Shown piece by piece: positions 39,827 to 49,902 of a stretch of DNA of 64,000 nt. The notes below the pieces were generated by a model that was not told the DNA's origin, ran no database searches, and worked only from the letters and a program-made list of their open reading frames with translations. The stretch lies in NCBI GenBank assembly GCA_963848295.1, contig CAWKDB010000010.1, positions 352,001 through 416,000 on the forward strand, read 5' to 3'. Positions within the stretch are counted from its first letter, which is position 1. The number at the start of each line of letters is the position of its first letter. The DNA is from an uncultured delta proteobacterium (GTDB lineage: Bacteria; Myxococcota_A; Polyangia; Haliangiales; Haliangiaceae). The translations under genes were made by a program, and so were the position numbers.

Positions 39827-40852
39827 ATGTATCGGCGCGGTGAGATCGGCCAGGTCGCCCGTGCGCTGCGCGTTCTCGACGCGCTTCGCGGCTACAAGCT
39901 CGGCCGCTGGGTCAGCGAAGTCGCGAAAGACCTCGGATCGAGCGAACGCACCGTCCGCCGCGACATCACCGAGCTGCAAGATGCAGGCTTCGACATCGAG
40001 CTGACCAAGCGCGACAACCGCACGTTCGCCTCGCTCGTGAGCGAACGGAACTACTCCCCCGTCTCGATCACGAAGCGCGAGCGCTTCACGTTGCTCGCCG
40101 TGCGCAGCGTGTTTGACGTGTTGAAGGGAACGCCGTTCCACGACGACGTCCACAGCGTCATGTCGAAGCTCGAGCAGCGCATGAACACCAAGGAGCGCGA
40201 CGAGCTCGCGGCCTTCGGCGAGCGCTTCGTCTACCTACCCGACCACGGCACCAAGTCGTACGCCGGCAAAGAAGACATCATCGACGCGATCCAAACCGGC
40301 ATCCTCTCGCGCAAGGTCGTCCGCTACCGCTACGCGGACTCGCGCGGCCGTGCGCGTGACGGGTTTTTCGCGCCGTACGGAATGGTTCTCTATCGCCACG
40401 GCCTCTACGCCGTCGGCGGACGCCTCAAAGCCGCGAACGACGACGCGCAGTCCGCACAGCTTGGGGTGTTCGCACTCGAACGGTTCACCGAAGCCGAGCA
40501 TCTGCGCGCTCACGACTTCGTGATGCCGCCCGAATTCCACATCCGCAACGTGCTCCACGGCGCCTTCGGCCCACACCTCGTTGACGAGTCGGGTCCACGC
40601 GAAGTGATCGTCGAGTTCAGCCGCGAGAAAGCGCTGCTCGTGTCATCGCGAACCTGGCACGAGACGCAGCGCATCGATCAGCTCCCAGACGGCCGCATCC
40701 GTCTCACGTTCCAGACGCCTCACGTCGCGCCGGTTGTCTCGTGGATCCTCGAATGGGGACCACACGCGCGCGCTGTCGCTCCAACGGAACTCGTGCAACA
40801 AGTGAAGGGCGAGCTGGCTGAGGCACATGCGCAGTATTCGACTGAACTCTGA
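39827..40852 (+). CDS. HTH-WYL-WCX transcriptional regulator (PafB/PafC/DriD-like)
   Basis: SERTVRRDITEL HTH, PYGMVLYRHGLYAVG, FALERF, WILEWGPHARAVAP. Confidence 0.93.
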   Translation: MYRRGEIGQVARALRVLDALRGYKLGRWVSEVAKDLGSSERTVRRDITELQDAGFDIELTKRDNRTFASLVSERNYSPVSITKRERFTLLAVRSVFDVLKGTPFHDDVHSVMSKLEQRMNTKERDELAAFGERFVYLPDHGTKSYAGKEDIIDAIQTGILSRKVVRYRYADSRGRARDGFFAPYGMVLYRHGLYAVGGRLKAANDDAQSAQLGVFALERFTEAEHLRAHDFVMPPEFHIRNVLHGAFGPHLVDESGPREVIVEFSREKALLVSSRTWHETQRIDQLPDGRIRLTFQTPHVAPVVSWILEWGPHARAVAPTELVQQVKGELAEAHAQYSTEL

Positions 40853-40992
40853 GCCGAGTGCACGCGGGCCGTGATCGATAGCACCCGAGCGAGGAGCGCC
40901 CCGCGTACGATCAACCACACCGTCGCCGGCTGATCGACGCGGCACGCGTGGAAGGCATCGAGTCAGGAGTCGTCTTCAAGTACGATAGATTC

Positions 40993-42192
40993 GTGCGTGG
41001 CTTAGCGGGATGGGTAGGCGTAGCGCTGCCGTTGGTTGTCGCGTGCGGATCGCATGGCGCCAGCCACGACGCGTCGACTGCGGGCGATGCCGCTGCGGTC
41101 GATGTTCTGCCTGACACGCTGTCGGTCGTGACGTCGTCGCGCATCGGCGCCGGTTTGTTCTTCAGTTGCGCGCTCAAGCCCGATGGATCGGCGGAGTGTT
41201 GGGGATATGGCGAGAACGGCACCATCGGCAACGGGTCGACCGCCGATGCGACGCAGCCGACCCCGGTGATGAACCTCACCGGCGCGCTCACGCTGTCGGT
41301 GCAGGGTTACAACGCATGCGTGCTCGCCGCGGATCACACGGTCGAGTGCTGGGGCAACGATTTCGATGGCGAGCTCGGCGACAACGGTGCGCTCGCACTC
41401 TCGGCGACGCCTTTACGCGTCGGCACGGTGAGCGACATGGTGCAGGTTTCGACAGGGGGTGCCCAGGACTGCGCCCTCCACGCGAACACGACGGTCGAGT
41501 GCTGGGGCGGCGCTGTCTACAACCAAGATCTCCGGCCAGCCCCGATCGCTGGGTTGTCCGGCGTCATCAAGATGGCGCCGACGACCTCGGATCATCACTG
41601 CGTCGTGATGAACGATGGCTCGTTGCAATGCTGGGGCCTCGACTATTCGGGACAGCTCGGTGACGGCCAATCGGGCCAGAATGCCAAGTCAACCGTGCCG
41701 GTGACGGTTGCCGGGATCGCGGGCGCAACCGACGTGGTCGTCAGCGCTGGCGACACGTGCGCCCTACTCGCGGATCAGACGGTCTGGTGTTGGGGCGACA
41801 ACTCGCGCGCCGGTCAGCTCGGGAACGGCAGCACCGTCTTGAACAGCCTGATCCCCGTACAGGTCTCGGGACTCACCGACGTCGTCGAGATCTCGGCGAG
41901 CGACTACTACGCGTGCGCGGTGAAATCGGACGGCACCGCATGGTGCTGGGGCGACAACTCGTTCGGTTCGTTGGGCAACGGCATGACTACGAACTCGAAC
42001 GTCCCGGTAGTGGTGAGCGGGCTGAGCAACGTCGTCGGCGTCGCGTGCGGCGACGAGCATGCATGTGCCCAGCTCGCGGACGGCTCGTTCTGGTGCTGGG
42101 GTGGCAACGACAAGTATGGGCTGGGCAGCATGACGACGATGACGTGCCCGCAGGGGCCATGTTCCACGACGCCGATCAAGGTCACGCTGTGA
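40993..42192 (+). CDS. RCC1-repeat lipoprotein
   Basis: Repeated CA..DG.V.CWG.N..GQLG; lipobox LVVAC; alternative start 40948. Confidence 0.9.
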   Translation: MRGLAGWVGVALPLVVACGSHGASHDASTAGDAAAVDVLPDTLSVVTSSRIGAGLFFSCALKPDGSAECWGYGENGTIGNGSTADATQPTPVMNLTGALTLSVQGYNACVLAADHTVECWGNDFDGELGDNGALALSATPLRVGTVSDMVQVSTGGAQDCALHANTTVECWGGAVYNQDLRPAPIAGLSGVIKMAPTTSDHHCVVMNDGSLQCWGLDYSGQLGDGQSGQNAKSTVPVTVAGIAGATDVVVSAGDTCALLADQTVWCWGDNSRAGQLGNGSTVLNSLIPVQVSGLTDVVEISASDYYACAVKSDGTAWCWGDNSFGSLGNGMTTNSNVPVVVSGLSNVVGVACGDEHACAQLADGSFWCWGGNDKYGLGSMTTMTCPQGPCSTTPIKVTL

Positions 42193-43316
42193 GGTGGGGC
42201 GGGTTGCTCGCAGTGGCGGCGTTTGGTTGCGGCTCGCCTCATCCAATGACTGGCGGTGACGGGCCAAGGCGGCCGGACGGTTCGCCCGACACGCTCGGGC
42301 CGATCGCTTCGTTGCAGATCGCGACGGGCGTGTACTTCTCGTGTGCTCGACGAGCGGACGCGTCGGTCGTGTGCTGGGGAGCCGGTGGGTCTGGCGCGCT
42401 CGGTGACGGCTCCGACGCCGACTCTTCGAGCCCGGTCGCCGTCTCGGGGTTGAGCGGCGTCGTTGGCCTCTCCGCGTCGTTCGCCGGCGGCTGTACATTC
42501 ACCGACGACGCGCTCGTCGAGTGCTGGGGCGACGATCGAACGGGCGAGCTCGGCGACAGCGGCGCGGCGAGCGATTCCGACGTGCCAGTTCAGATCGCCG
42601 ACTTGAGTGACGTCGTGCAGGTGACGACCAGTCTCGGGGTGTGCGCGCTCCGCGCCGATACGCAGGTCGAATGCTGGGGCCGCTACGCTGTCAACGGACC
42701 GATCGCGTTGCGGCCGATCGCCGGGCTCTCAGGTGTTGTTGCGATGGCTCCGCGGTTCGACGACCACGTGTGCGTGCTCATGGACGACTCGAGCGTGCGC
42801 TGCTGGGACGGTGGCGAGACCGAGTTTCCGATCGCTGGCCTTCCGCCGGCAACTGCCGTCGCGGTGGGTTTCCAGACCGCGTGCGCGCTCCTCGCAGACC
42901 ACACCGTCATGTGCTGGGGTGACAACTCCGCCGGCCAACTGGGAGATGGAGGTGCCGAGCCTGAATCATCGGTGCCGGTTCACGTGACGGGCGTGACCGA
43001 CGCGGTCGCGGTCTCGATGAGCAGCTCGTACGCGTGTGCGGTGAACTCCGATGGTACCGCTGCGTGTTGGGGCGACAACGAGCTCGGCCAGCTCGGCAAC
43101 GGCACGACGACGAGCTCGAACGTACCGGTCGCGGTGTCCGGGTTGACCAACGTCGTCGGCATCGCGCCCGCCGAGGATCACGCGTGCGCGCAGCTATCGG
43201 ATGGCACGTTCGCCTGCTGGGGCGGTAACGACCACGGCGGTCTCGGAATGCCTGCCTCGACGACCCAGGGCTCGGCCTGCGACTGCGCGACGACACCTGT
43301 CGTCGTCCCGATGTGA
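42189..43316 (+). CDS. RCC1-repeat lipoprotein, tandem paralog
   Basis: GTGA overlap; lipobox AAFGC; same CWG repeats. Confidence 0.9.
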   Translation: MRWGGLLAVAAFGCGSPHPMTGGDGPRRPDGSPDTLGPIASLQIATGVYFSCARRADASVVCWGAGGSGALGDGSDADSSSPVAVSGLSGVVGLSASFAGGCTFTDDALVECWGDDRTGELGDSGAASDSDVPVQIADLSDVVQVTTSLGVCALRADTQVECWGRYAVNGPIALRPIAGLSGVVAMAPRFDDHVCVLMDDSSVRCWDGGETEFPIAGLPPATAVAVGFQTACALLADHTVMCWGDNSAGQLGDGGAEPESSVPVHVTGVTDAVAVSMSSSYACAVNSDGTAACWGDNELGQLGNGTTTSSNVPVAVSGLTNVVGIAPAEDHACAQLSDGTFACWGGNDHGGLGMPASTTQGSACDCATTPVVVPM

Positions 43317-43322
43317 CACGAC

Positions 43323-43916
43323 GTGAGCGCGATGACTGCATTAACGGCTCTTCGAATCGCACAACGTGCGGCGGTGGTCGCCTTGGTGCTCGCTTCCTAT
43401 CCGCGCAGCGCGACGTCGGGGAACGTCGAGCTCGCGGTCAGTGGAGGCCCGGCTCTCGTCGTCACCAGCGGCGGCACGATCTACACGGATGCGATCCTCG
43501 GAGCGCGAGGCGGCTGGTCCTTTGGCCGTCTTTACCTGGGTCTCTCGTTTTCGTTCGTGCCGGGCGCGTCGCGCAGTTTTTCGGTGATGGAAGAGCGAAG
43601 CACCCAGTTGTTCAATGGACGCATCGCAGACCGCCTCTGGATCCCTTCGCTCGATGTCGGCTACGACCTTCACCTCGGCAGCCGTTTCGTGTTTCGTCCA
43701 GACTTACGAATCGGGTACGGCATCGACGACACAATCATCACGCCGACGCCCCCGCCCGGCGTGGGCGTCGCGGGCTCAGACCAATCGGGTCGACCTGTTC
43801 TGGCAGGGAACGTTGCCTTCTACTACGAGACCGGCAAGCTCATGGTGGGCATCAGGGCCGGCGGCATGACCGCAGCGATCGCGACTACGGAGCTCGAGGT
43901 TGGCCTGCGCTGGTGA
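43323..43916 (+). CDS. Small outer-membrane beta-barrel-like protein
   Basis: Signal-like N-terminus, amphipathic strands, ends LEVGLRW. Confidence 0.6.
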   Translation: MSAMTALTALRIAQRAAVVALVLASYPRSATSGNVELAVSGGPALVVTSGGTIYTDAILGARGGWSFGRLYLGLSFSFVPGASRSFSVMEERSTQLFNGRIADRLWIPSLDVGYDLHLGSRFVFRPDLRIGYGIDDTIITPTPPPGVGVAGSDQSGRPVLAGNVAFYYETGKLMVGIRAGGMTAAIATTELEVGLRW

Positions 43917-43980
43917 CGGCTCCGAAGTGTCTTTGCGCACGCCCACGCCATCTCGCCCGCAGATCTGGTTCAATCCGTGA

Positions 43981-44799
43981 TTGAGACCTGCGCGAAGCGG
44001 CCGACCAGTACTCGCAACGAGGGGTGGGGAGCACCGATGCCGAAGCCGGAAAACCAAACGCCGCGCTGCCAACGACTCGTGGCGTAAGAACGCCGGCACG
44101 ACGTACAAGAAACCGCCAACGCCGATCAAGCTCGGCCGTGGGCATTCGCGCGAGTCGATCCGTCAGATGCACGAGGCGGCCGACCGCGGTGAATGTTGGG
44201 CGCTGGTGAACCTCGGCGGCAAATACGATGAAGGCCTCTGGGCTGATGACGGCCGCATCCTTGTTCGGAAGAATCGGCGTACCGCGATTCGATATCTCGA
44301 GAAAGCCGTGGCGCTCGGCGACGTCGATGCGATGGTCGAGCTCGCGAATGTACTGTCCGCACCGCGCGACAACGAAGCACTCCGACGCGCGGGGCCGCTA
44401 TACCGAAAAGCGTATCGGCTAGGCGACCACACCGCTGCGTTCAATCTCGCATCCACGTACCAGAACCTCGGGCGCTATCGCGAGGCCGTGAGTTGGTATC
44501 GACGGGCACTCGCCGCGGGCGATCCGGACGCGTCGATGGAGCTAGCGCGTGCAGAGCTTCTCGGCCTCGGCACGCGTCGGAATGTTCGCTCGGCGATCGC
44601 GAGGCTTCGGCAGATCGCCGGTCGTCCATCGAACCGGTGGCCGGTCAACGGTGACCGCATCGAAGCGATCCTCGTGTTGGCCGATGCGCTGATAACGGGA
44701 TGGCCTGTTCGCCGAAACTATAACGAAGGACTCATGTGGCTGCGGCGTGCGGCCGATCTTGGCAGCGACGTCGCCAAGGCGATGCTCGAATCGCACTGA
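43981..44799 (+). CDS. Sel1/TPR repeat protein
   Basis: A..G...A..NLG, AVSWYRRA, WLRRAADLG; start uncertain (maybe ATG 44168). Confidence 0.85.
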   Translation: MRPARSGRPVLATRGGEHRCRSRKTKRRAANDSWRKNAGTTYKKPPTPIKLGRGHSRESIRQMHEAADRGECWALVNLGGKYDEGLWADDGRILVRKNRRTAIRYLEKAVALGDVDAMVELANVLSAPRDNEALRRAGPLYRKAYRLGDHTAAFNLASTYQNLGRYREAVSWYRRALAAGDPDASMELARAELLGLGTRRNVRSAIARLRQIAGRPSNRWPVNGDRIEAILVLADALITGWPVRRNYNEGLMWLRRAADLGSDVAKAMLESH

Positions 44800-44831
44800 G
44801 CCAGTCGCGGCGACCGTCTCGGCGTCAAGGC

Positions 44832-45212
44832 TCAAACCTCGCGAGACCGACGACAAACGAACCCGCCTGCCGTCGATGCGGAGACGGATGCTCCGATCTC
44901 TTCGAAGGCATGCCGCAGCAATGGCGTCAATCCGACCCCGACGACCTCGATCTCTGACCAGCCTGCGTGGTGTTCGGCGACAGTCGCAATGATGTCAGCG
45001 CATATCGCCTCGGTGGACAGGTCGGGAGCATCCTGGAACGACGTGACCTCGACCTTTTCCATCGTCGACGCGCCTTGCCAGAGCTCTTGAATGACGGGAG
45101 TGTTGGCGGGTGATTCCAGGATCCAGACTGGGCCAAGACGTGACAGCTCCGATAACCGCTGTCCGAATGCACGATCGACCACGATCGCTACCCTGCTCAT
45201 CGCGCTCTCCAT
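44832..45212 (-). CDS. Hypothetical protein
   Basis: 126-aa globular-looking ORF (IVVDRAFG..PVWI.ESPAN..EHH). Confidence 0.7.
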   Translation of the reverse strand: MESAMSRVAIVVDRAFGQRLSELSRLGPVWILESPANTPVIQELWQGASTMEKVEVTSFQDAPDLSTEAICADIIATVAEHHAGWSEIEVVGVGLTPLLRHAFEEIGASVSASTAGGFVCRRSREV

Positions 45213-45266
45213 CGCGCAATTCCGTCGCGCGGGGCGTACTCGCCTAACCGAATCTCTCGCTTTTCG

Positions 45267-46397
45267 TTAGCCCGCACCACCGCTCGTCCCATCCTGACGT
45301 TCGAGCCGCGCGACCGCGCGAGCCTTTAGTGCGTCGTCCGTGATCCTGCGAACGATTTCGTTCCAAGGCCAGAGGCCGCGATCTCGATCAATCGGCTGGA
45401 ACAAATCCGACGAACACACAAGCGACTCGAATGCGTCGATCGCAAGTCTATCGTCCTCACTGGTCGTATAGAGCCCAGCCTTCGCAAGCTGTTGCTTCAT
45501 CACCAGCGGAAACGCGAAGCCGGCGAGCAATCGGTGCTCAGGAATCGTCCATATCGACCGCGTGCGCGGTTGGAGCTTTCCATGGGCGAAGGGGTGTCGG
45601 ACCGCGTAAAGGTCTCGGACCCAGGCGTCGCGCACGGTCGGGGACTTCGCGAACTTCTCAGGGCGTGCAACCAGTCGCGAGCAGTCGCCTCGCCCATGAT
45701 CCTTCCGCGGCGCCAACGCAGCCGAAAACTTCGCGGCGAGATCATCGTCTTTCGAGTTGCAACATAGGATTCGTTGCAGCGCCCCTACTAACAACACCAA
45801 CTCCAAGTGCGGTGACATCTCTGAGCTATCGGTGTTGGCGAGGTTGAATCCCATCATCGACTCAACGAAAACGTCCGCGTCGGCATGACTGCGACACGCG
45901 AGGAGGGCGGAAAGCATCTCCACGTCGAGGACGACCGGCTCGAGGTCGACGTGACCAGGGCAAGGTACTTGATGAGCCGCGGCGGTCACATAAACGCGCT
46001 TCGCGCCGTCGACTCGACGGTTCAGCTGCAGCGAGCCGCCGCCAGGTTGGTCAAAGCGCTGGATGACAAGCCGGTAGGTGTCGCGGTTCGAATAGCCTGT
46101 GTGCGCAAAGACCTGACGCTTCGCAAGCCCAGCAAGCGCGACCATTTCGCCGAACACGAACGCGGCATTGACCTGATCGTCATCGATATCGGCGAGCAAA
46201 TCGCGCCCATCGATTGCCACGAGAGTGACTTCACGAATCGGCTGGTCTGTCCCTTCCTGATACGGCGCGGTCACTGCGTCGACGACACTCGCGCCCGGGG
46301 AGTCATCGCCACGAACATGAGGGAGCAGCACAAATTCGCCAAACTTGTGCGGCTTTGACGCGAGCCGAAGCCATGGAAAGAAAGCGAGCGCCCCCAT
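45267..46397 (-). CDS. HEPN-domain protein (ApeA-like), candidate defence RNase
   Basis: C-terminal DLYAVRHPFAHG = Rx4H motif after a helical segment. Confidence 0.7.
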   Translation of the reverse strand: MGALAFFPWLRLASKPHKFGEFVLLPHVRGDDSPGASVVDAVTAPYQEGTDQPIREVTLVAIDGRDLLADIDDDQVNAAFVFGEMVALAGLAKRQVFAHTGYSNRDTYRLVIQRFDQPGGGSLQLNRRVDGAKRVYVTAAAHQVPCPGHVDLEPVVLDVEMLSALLACRSHADADVFVESMMGFNLANTDSSEMSPHLELVLLVGALQRILCCNSKDDDLAAKFSAALAPRKDHGRGDCSRLVARPEKFAKSPTVRDAWVRDLYAVRHPFAHGKLQPRTRSIWTIPEHRLLAGFAFPLVMKQQLAKAGLYTTSEDDRLAIDAFESLVCSSDLFQPIDRDRGLWPWNEIVRRITDDALKARAVARLERQDGTSGGAG

Positions 46398-46496
46398 CGC
46401 GAGACTCTAGACGAGATCGGCAGCGCGGATCTCGGGCACGGGTGTATGTCGATACCGAAAACTTGACACTCGCGAGCGGCCGCGCACCATGGCTTC

Positions 46497-46772
46497 TTGG
46501 CCGCCGAATCGATCGTCGCGACAGAAAGTTCCGAACGCCTCACGTGGGATGAGGTGCGTCGCCGCTATCCAAATCAATGGGTCACGCTCGTCGACATCGA
46601 CTGGATTAACGAGACCGATTTCGAATTTCGATCGGCGATCGCAGTCGGGCACGGCGCACACCGCAAGGACGCGATCGCCGACGCGGGCACGACGCTCGAT
46701 CGTTACCTCGGCTTCGGCTGCTACTTCACGGGGCGCATTCGGGCGCCGCTACGCGCCTTCGTCGCGCCGTGA
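46497..46772 (+). CDS. Small DUF5678-like protein
   Basis: LTWDEVRRRYPNQWV, YFTG; overlaps the protease start. Confidence 0.7.
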   Translation: MAAESIVATESSERLTWDEVRRRYPNQWVTLVDIDWINETDFEFRSAIAVGHGAHRKDAIADAGTTLDRYLGFGCYFTGRIRAPLRAFVAP

Positions 46773-47170
46773 AGGTCACGCGCTTCGATCCGAACGACGA
46801 GCTCATCATCGTCAACGCGCGGATCTGGACGGCGCAAGGCCGGTTCGCCGACCTGCGACTCGCGTTCGACACCGGCTCATCCGAGACGCTCGTGATGCCC
46901 GAGTACACCGACGCCCTCGGCTACAACCCGCGGCACGGCGAAGCGATCACGGTGATCCGCTCTGCGATCGGCGAAGAGCGAGGCTACATGCTTCGCGTCG
47001 CACGGTTCACGACGCTTGGCTTCACGATCCCCAACTTCAGGATCCACGTGCACGATCTTCCGGATGGCTACGGCATCGACGGCATCCTCGGGCTGAGCTT
47101 CCTGCGCCAATTCAACTACGAGATTCGATCGGCTGAGGGGCGGGTCGTGGTCGAGCGCATCGCCACGTGA
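46769..47170 (+). CDS. Retropepsin-like (clan AA) aspartyl protease
   Basis: AFDTGSSET and DGILGLSFL motifs. Confidence 0.88.
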   Translation: MKVTRFDPNDELIIVNARIWTAQGRFADLRLAFDTGSSETLVMPEYTDALGYNPRHGEAITVIRSAIGEERGYMLRVARFTTLGFTIPNFRIHVHDLPDGYGIDGILGLSFLRQFNYEIRSAEGRVVVERIAT

Positions 47171-48132
47171 GTCGGTGGCTGCTCATCGGTCTCGCGTTGC
47201 TGCCGATGGTGATGGCGTGCGGAGCCCATCGGCCGATGTCTGCGACACCCGTCGAAGGCGCCGAGGTCGGGCTCGGTTCGCTCGTTCAGTCGCCCACACA
47301 CATCTCGATCGATGTACTGATCCCTCCCGAAGGCGACGTGACCGCCGCTGTCGAGCGCGCTCGCGACGAAGTGAAAGCGACCGGCACGACCATCGCGAAC
47401 GTGCTCCCGCCGAATCCCGACGGACCAGTAGTCAAGATCGAGCTCGGGAGCATTGCCGACGAGCATTGGGATCACCACCTCCCGGGATATGCAGAGTCGC
47501 AGATCGATCCCGATGAGTTCGCCCACGTCGATCGATCGGCGGGTGTCATCGTCATCAGCGCGCGCGCGCCGGAAGCGCGCGGATGGGAAACGATCCGCCT
47601 CGTCACGAGCGCCGCGATCAATCTGGCTGCCTCGCAGAACGGCTGGATCTACGACTCGTACCGCGCCGAGCTTCACGACGCCGAGTCGTTTGCATCCTCG
47701 GTCCCCGATCCCCGCAATCCAGATGTTCGAACCATCCTGCGCGTCGTGGGCGTCGTGCCGACCAAGGGCGGGCTGGACCACATTCGAACGATCGGCCTGT
47801 GGCATCTCGGCCTACCGGAGCTGTTCGTGCCCGATGTGCCTCACGACTACCTCGACGCGACCATCGAGCTCGTTCGCGCGACGGCGCAGATATTGAGCCA
47901 GAACCACCGCGTCACGCGTCGGGGCGTCATCGAGTTGGACGAGTCGACGCTGCCGCCGAGTTGGCCGCGGATCGGCTCCGGTGGTCGATTCGTTTGGTCT
48001 GCGCGATGGATGCGCGGGCCGATCCACGACCACGCGATGCAAATCGTGCTCACGGTCCCGGGCGCGCGCGAGAAGGATCCGACGGCGCTGACATCCGCGG
48101 TGCGATCGTTCGCCGGCGGCGGCAAGCCGTAG
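47167..48132 (+). CDS. Hypothetical lipoprotein with TxGL..LGLPEL motif (DUF4261/DUF2314-like)
   Basis: Lipobox MVMAC; HIRTIGLWHLGLPELFV. Confidence 0.6.
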   Translation: MSRWLLIGLALLPMVMACGAHRPMSATPVEGAEVGLGSLVQSPTHISIDVLIPPEGDVTAAVERARDEVKATGTTIANVLPPNPDGPVVKIELGSIADEHWDHHLPGYAESQIDPDEFAHVDRSAGVIVISARAPEARGWETIRLVTSAAINLAASQNGWIYDSYRAELHDAESFASSVPDPRNPDVRTILRVVGVVPTKGGLDHIRTIGLWHLGLPELFVPDVPHDYLDATIELVRATAQILSQNHRVTRRGVIELDESTLPPSWPRIGSGGRFVWSARWMRGPIHDHAMQIVLTVPGAREKDPTALTSAVRSFAGGGKP

Positions 48133-48195
48133 GACGCGTGCCGCGATCACGAGGATGACTCGTCGCTCTACATCGGCGCGGCGTTATACTGAGCC

Positions 48196-48545
48196 GTGGA
48201 GACTCGGCCTCTCTCGATCGCAGACACCGAGATCAGGACCATCTACGACCTACTGGATCTGTTTCGCGTCCGACCTGGGATGTGGATCGGCGAGCCGTCC
48301 GTCACGAGACTTACGATCTTTATTGGTGGCTTCCGGAGCGGCATCCATGCGGCGCACGCCTCGCTCGATCCGGAGACCCCACCGTTCCAGGATTTTGACG
48401 ATTGGGTCGCCGCGCGTCTCGGTCGCAAGAAGAACGGTAACGGTTGGAGTCGATGCTCCTCGAAGCGTGTGGCGACGAGCAAGCCGCGTTCGAAAGGTTC
48501 TGGATCGAGCTCGATGCGTTCCGACTCGGGGCGACGGCTTCATGA
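48196..48545 (+). pseudogene. Small hypothetical gene with a 1-nt frameshift
   Basis: RPGMWIGEPS..FDDWV..GW, then a shift near 48449 gives MLLEACGDEQAAFERFWIELDAFR; stop overlaps the next ATG. Confidence 0.6.
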
Positions 48546-48646
48546 CCCGCGCGACTGCGGTCGAGCTCCCTCCGCCTCGCGACCTCGAACGGATCTGCAA
48601 AGGCATCGCGACGCTTGACGCGATCCTCTGCGCGGAGTGGGAGTAC
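48542..48646 (+). pseudogene. N-terminal gene fragment truncated by IS3
   Basis: MTRATAVELPPPRDLERICKGIATLDAILCAEWEY ends at the IS3 left IR. Confidence 0.65.
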
Positions 48647-49902
48647 TGAAGTTGCCCCGGTTCGGTGGACACCCAAAGACTGGAGTGTCCGATGCCGAAG
48701 AAACTTCCCCCACCCCGCACCGTACCCACCTGAATTCCGCAGCCGCCTAATCGAGATGGTTCGCGCCGGCCGCTCGCCGGCAAGCCTCGCGAAGGACTTC
48801 GCGCCGTCTGCGCAGACCATCGCGAACTGGGTCAAGCAAGCTGACCTCGACGAGGGCAAGCGCAGCGATGGCCTCACCACCGAAGAGCGCGACGAGCTTG
48901 CGAAGCTGCGCCGCGAGAACAAGGTGCTGCGAGAGGAGCGGGAGATTCTAAAAAAATTCGCGGCCTGGTCCGTCCAGGAATCGAATCGGACGCCGCCGAA
49001 GCGTTCCGATTTGTGAAGACGAACCAGGCCGTGCATTGCGTCCGAACCATGTGCCGCTTGCTCGATGTCTCGACCAGCGGCTTCTACGCCTCGGTCGACC
49101 GACCGCTGTCGACGCGCGCCAAGGAAGACGTCGTACTGTCCGCGCAGCTCGAGGCCGCACACGAGGAATCGCGCGGCACGTACGGCGCGCCACGCCTCCA
49201 CGCTGAGCTCGCGGCGAACGGCACGCACGTCGGCAAGAAGCGGGTTGCGCGGTTGATGCTCGACGCCGGGCTCGTCGGGATTTCGCCGCGCAAGTCGACC
49301 TTCACGACCGTCCGAGAATCCGGATGCTCGCCCGTCGGACGACCTCGTGAAGCGCGACTTCACCGCATCGGGCCCGGACCAACTCTGGGTCGCCGACATC
49401 ACCTACGTGCCGACGTGGGCTGGCTTTCTGTACCTTGCGGTCGTGCTCGACGCGTGGAGCCGCAAAGTCGTCGGCTGGGCGATGTCGACGACGCTGCACA
49501 CCGACGTCGTCCTCGACGCGCTCAACATGGCGGTCACGCAGCGCCAGCCACGCGACGTCATCCATCATTCGGATCACGGTTGCCAATACACGTCATTTCG
49601 CTTCGGTCGCCGCTGCAAAGAGGCGGGCGTTCGCCCGTCGATGGGCACGGTCGGCGACGCATACGACAACGCGATGTGCGAGAGCTTCTTCGGCACGCTC
49701 GAGTGCGAGCTGCTCGACCGCCGCCGCTTCCGCTCGCAGGCTGAGGCGCGGATGGCCGTCTTCGACTACCTCGAAGGCTTCTACAACCCGCGTCGCCGCC
49801 ACTCAGCGCTCGACTACAAGTCACCGGTCGAGTACGAAAGGTCCTACGCGCTCGCCGCGTGAACGTTAGTCCCAACCCGTCCACCGAACCGGGGCAACTT
49901 CA
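48647..49902 (+). mobile_element. IS3 family element with extra frameshifts
   Basis: Perfect 24-bp IR TGAAGTTGCCCCGGTTCGGTGGAC; orfA ~48692-49016; A7 slippery site 48950-48956; orfB with WVADITY, HHSDHG, DNAMCESFF ending 49862; additional indels near 48705 and 49315. Confidence 0.95.

Noticed and set aside
41790..43230. Nucleotide repeats between the two RCC1 genes as a DGR template/variable pair
   Set aside because: Explained by paralogy; no reverse transcriptase in the window and no evident adenine-specific pattern
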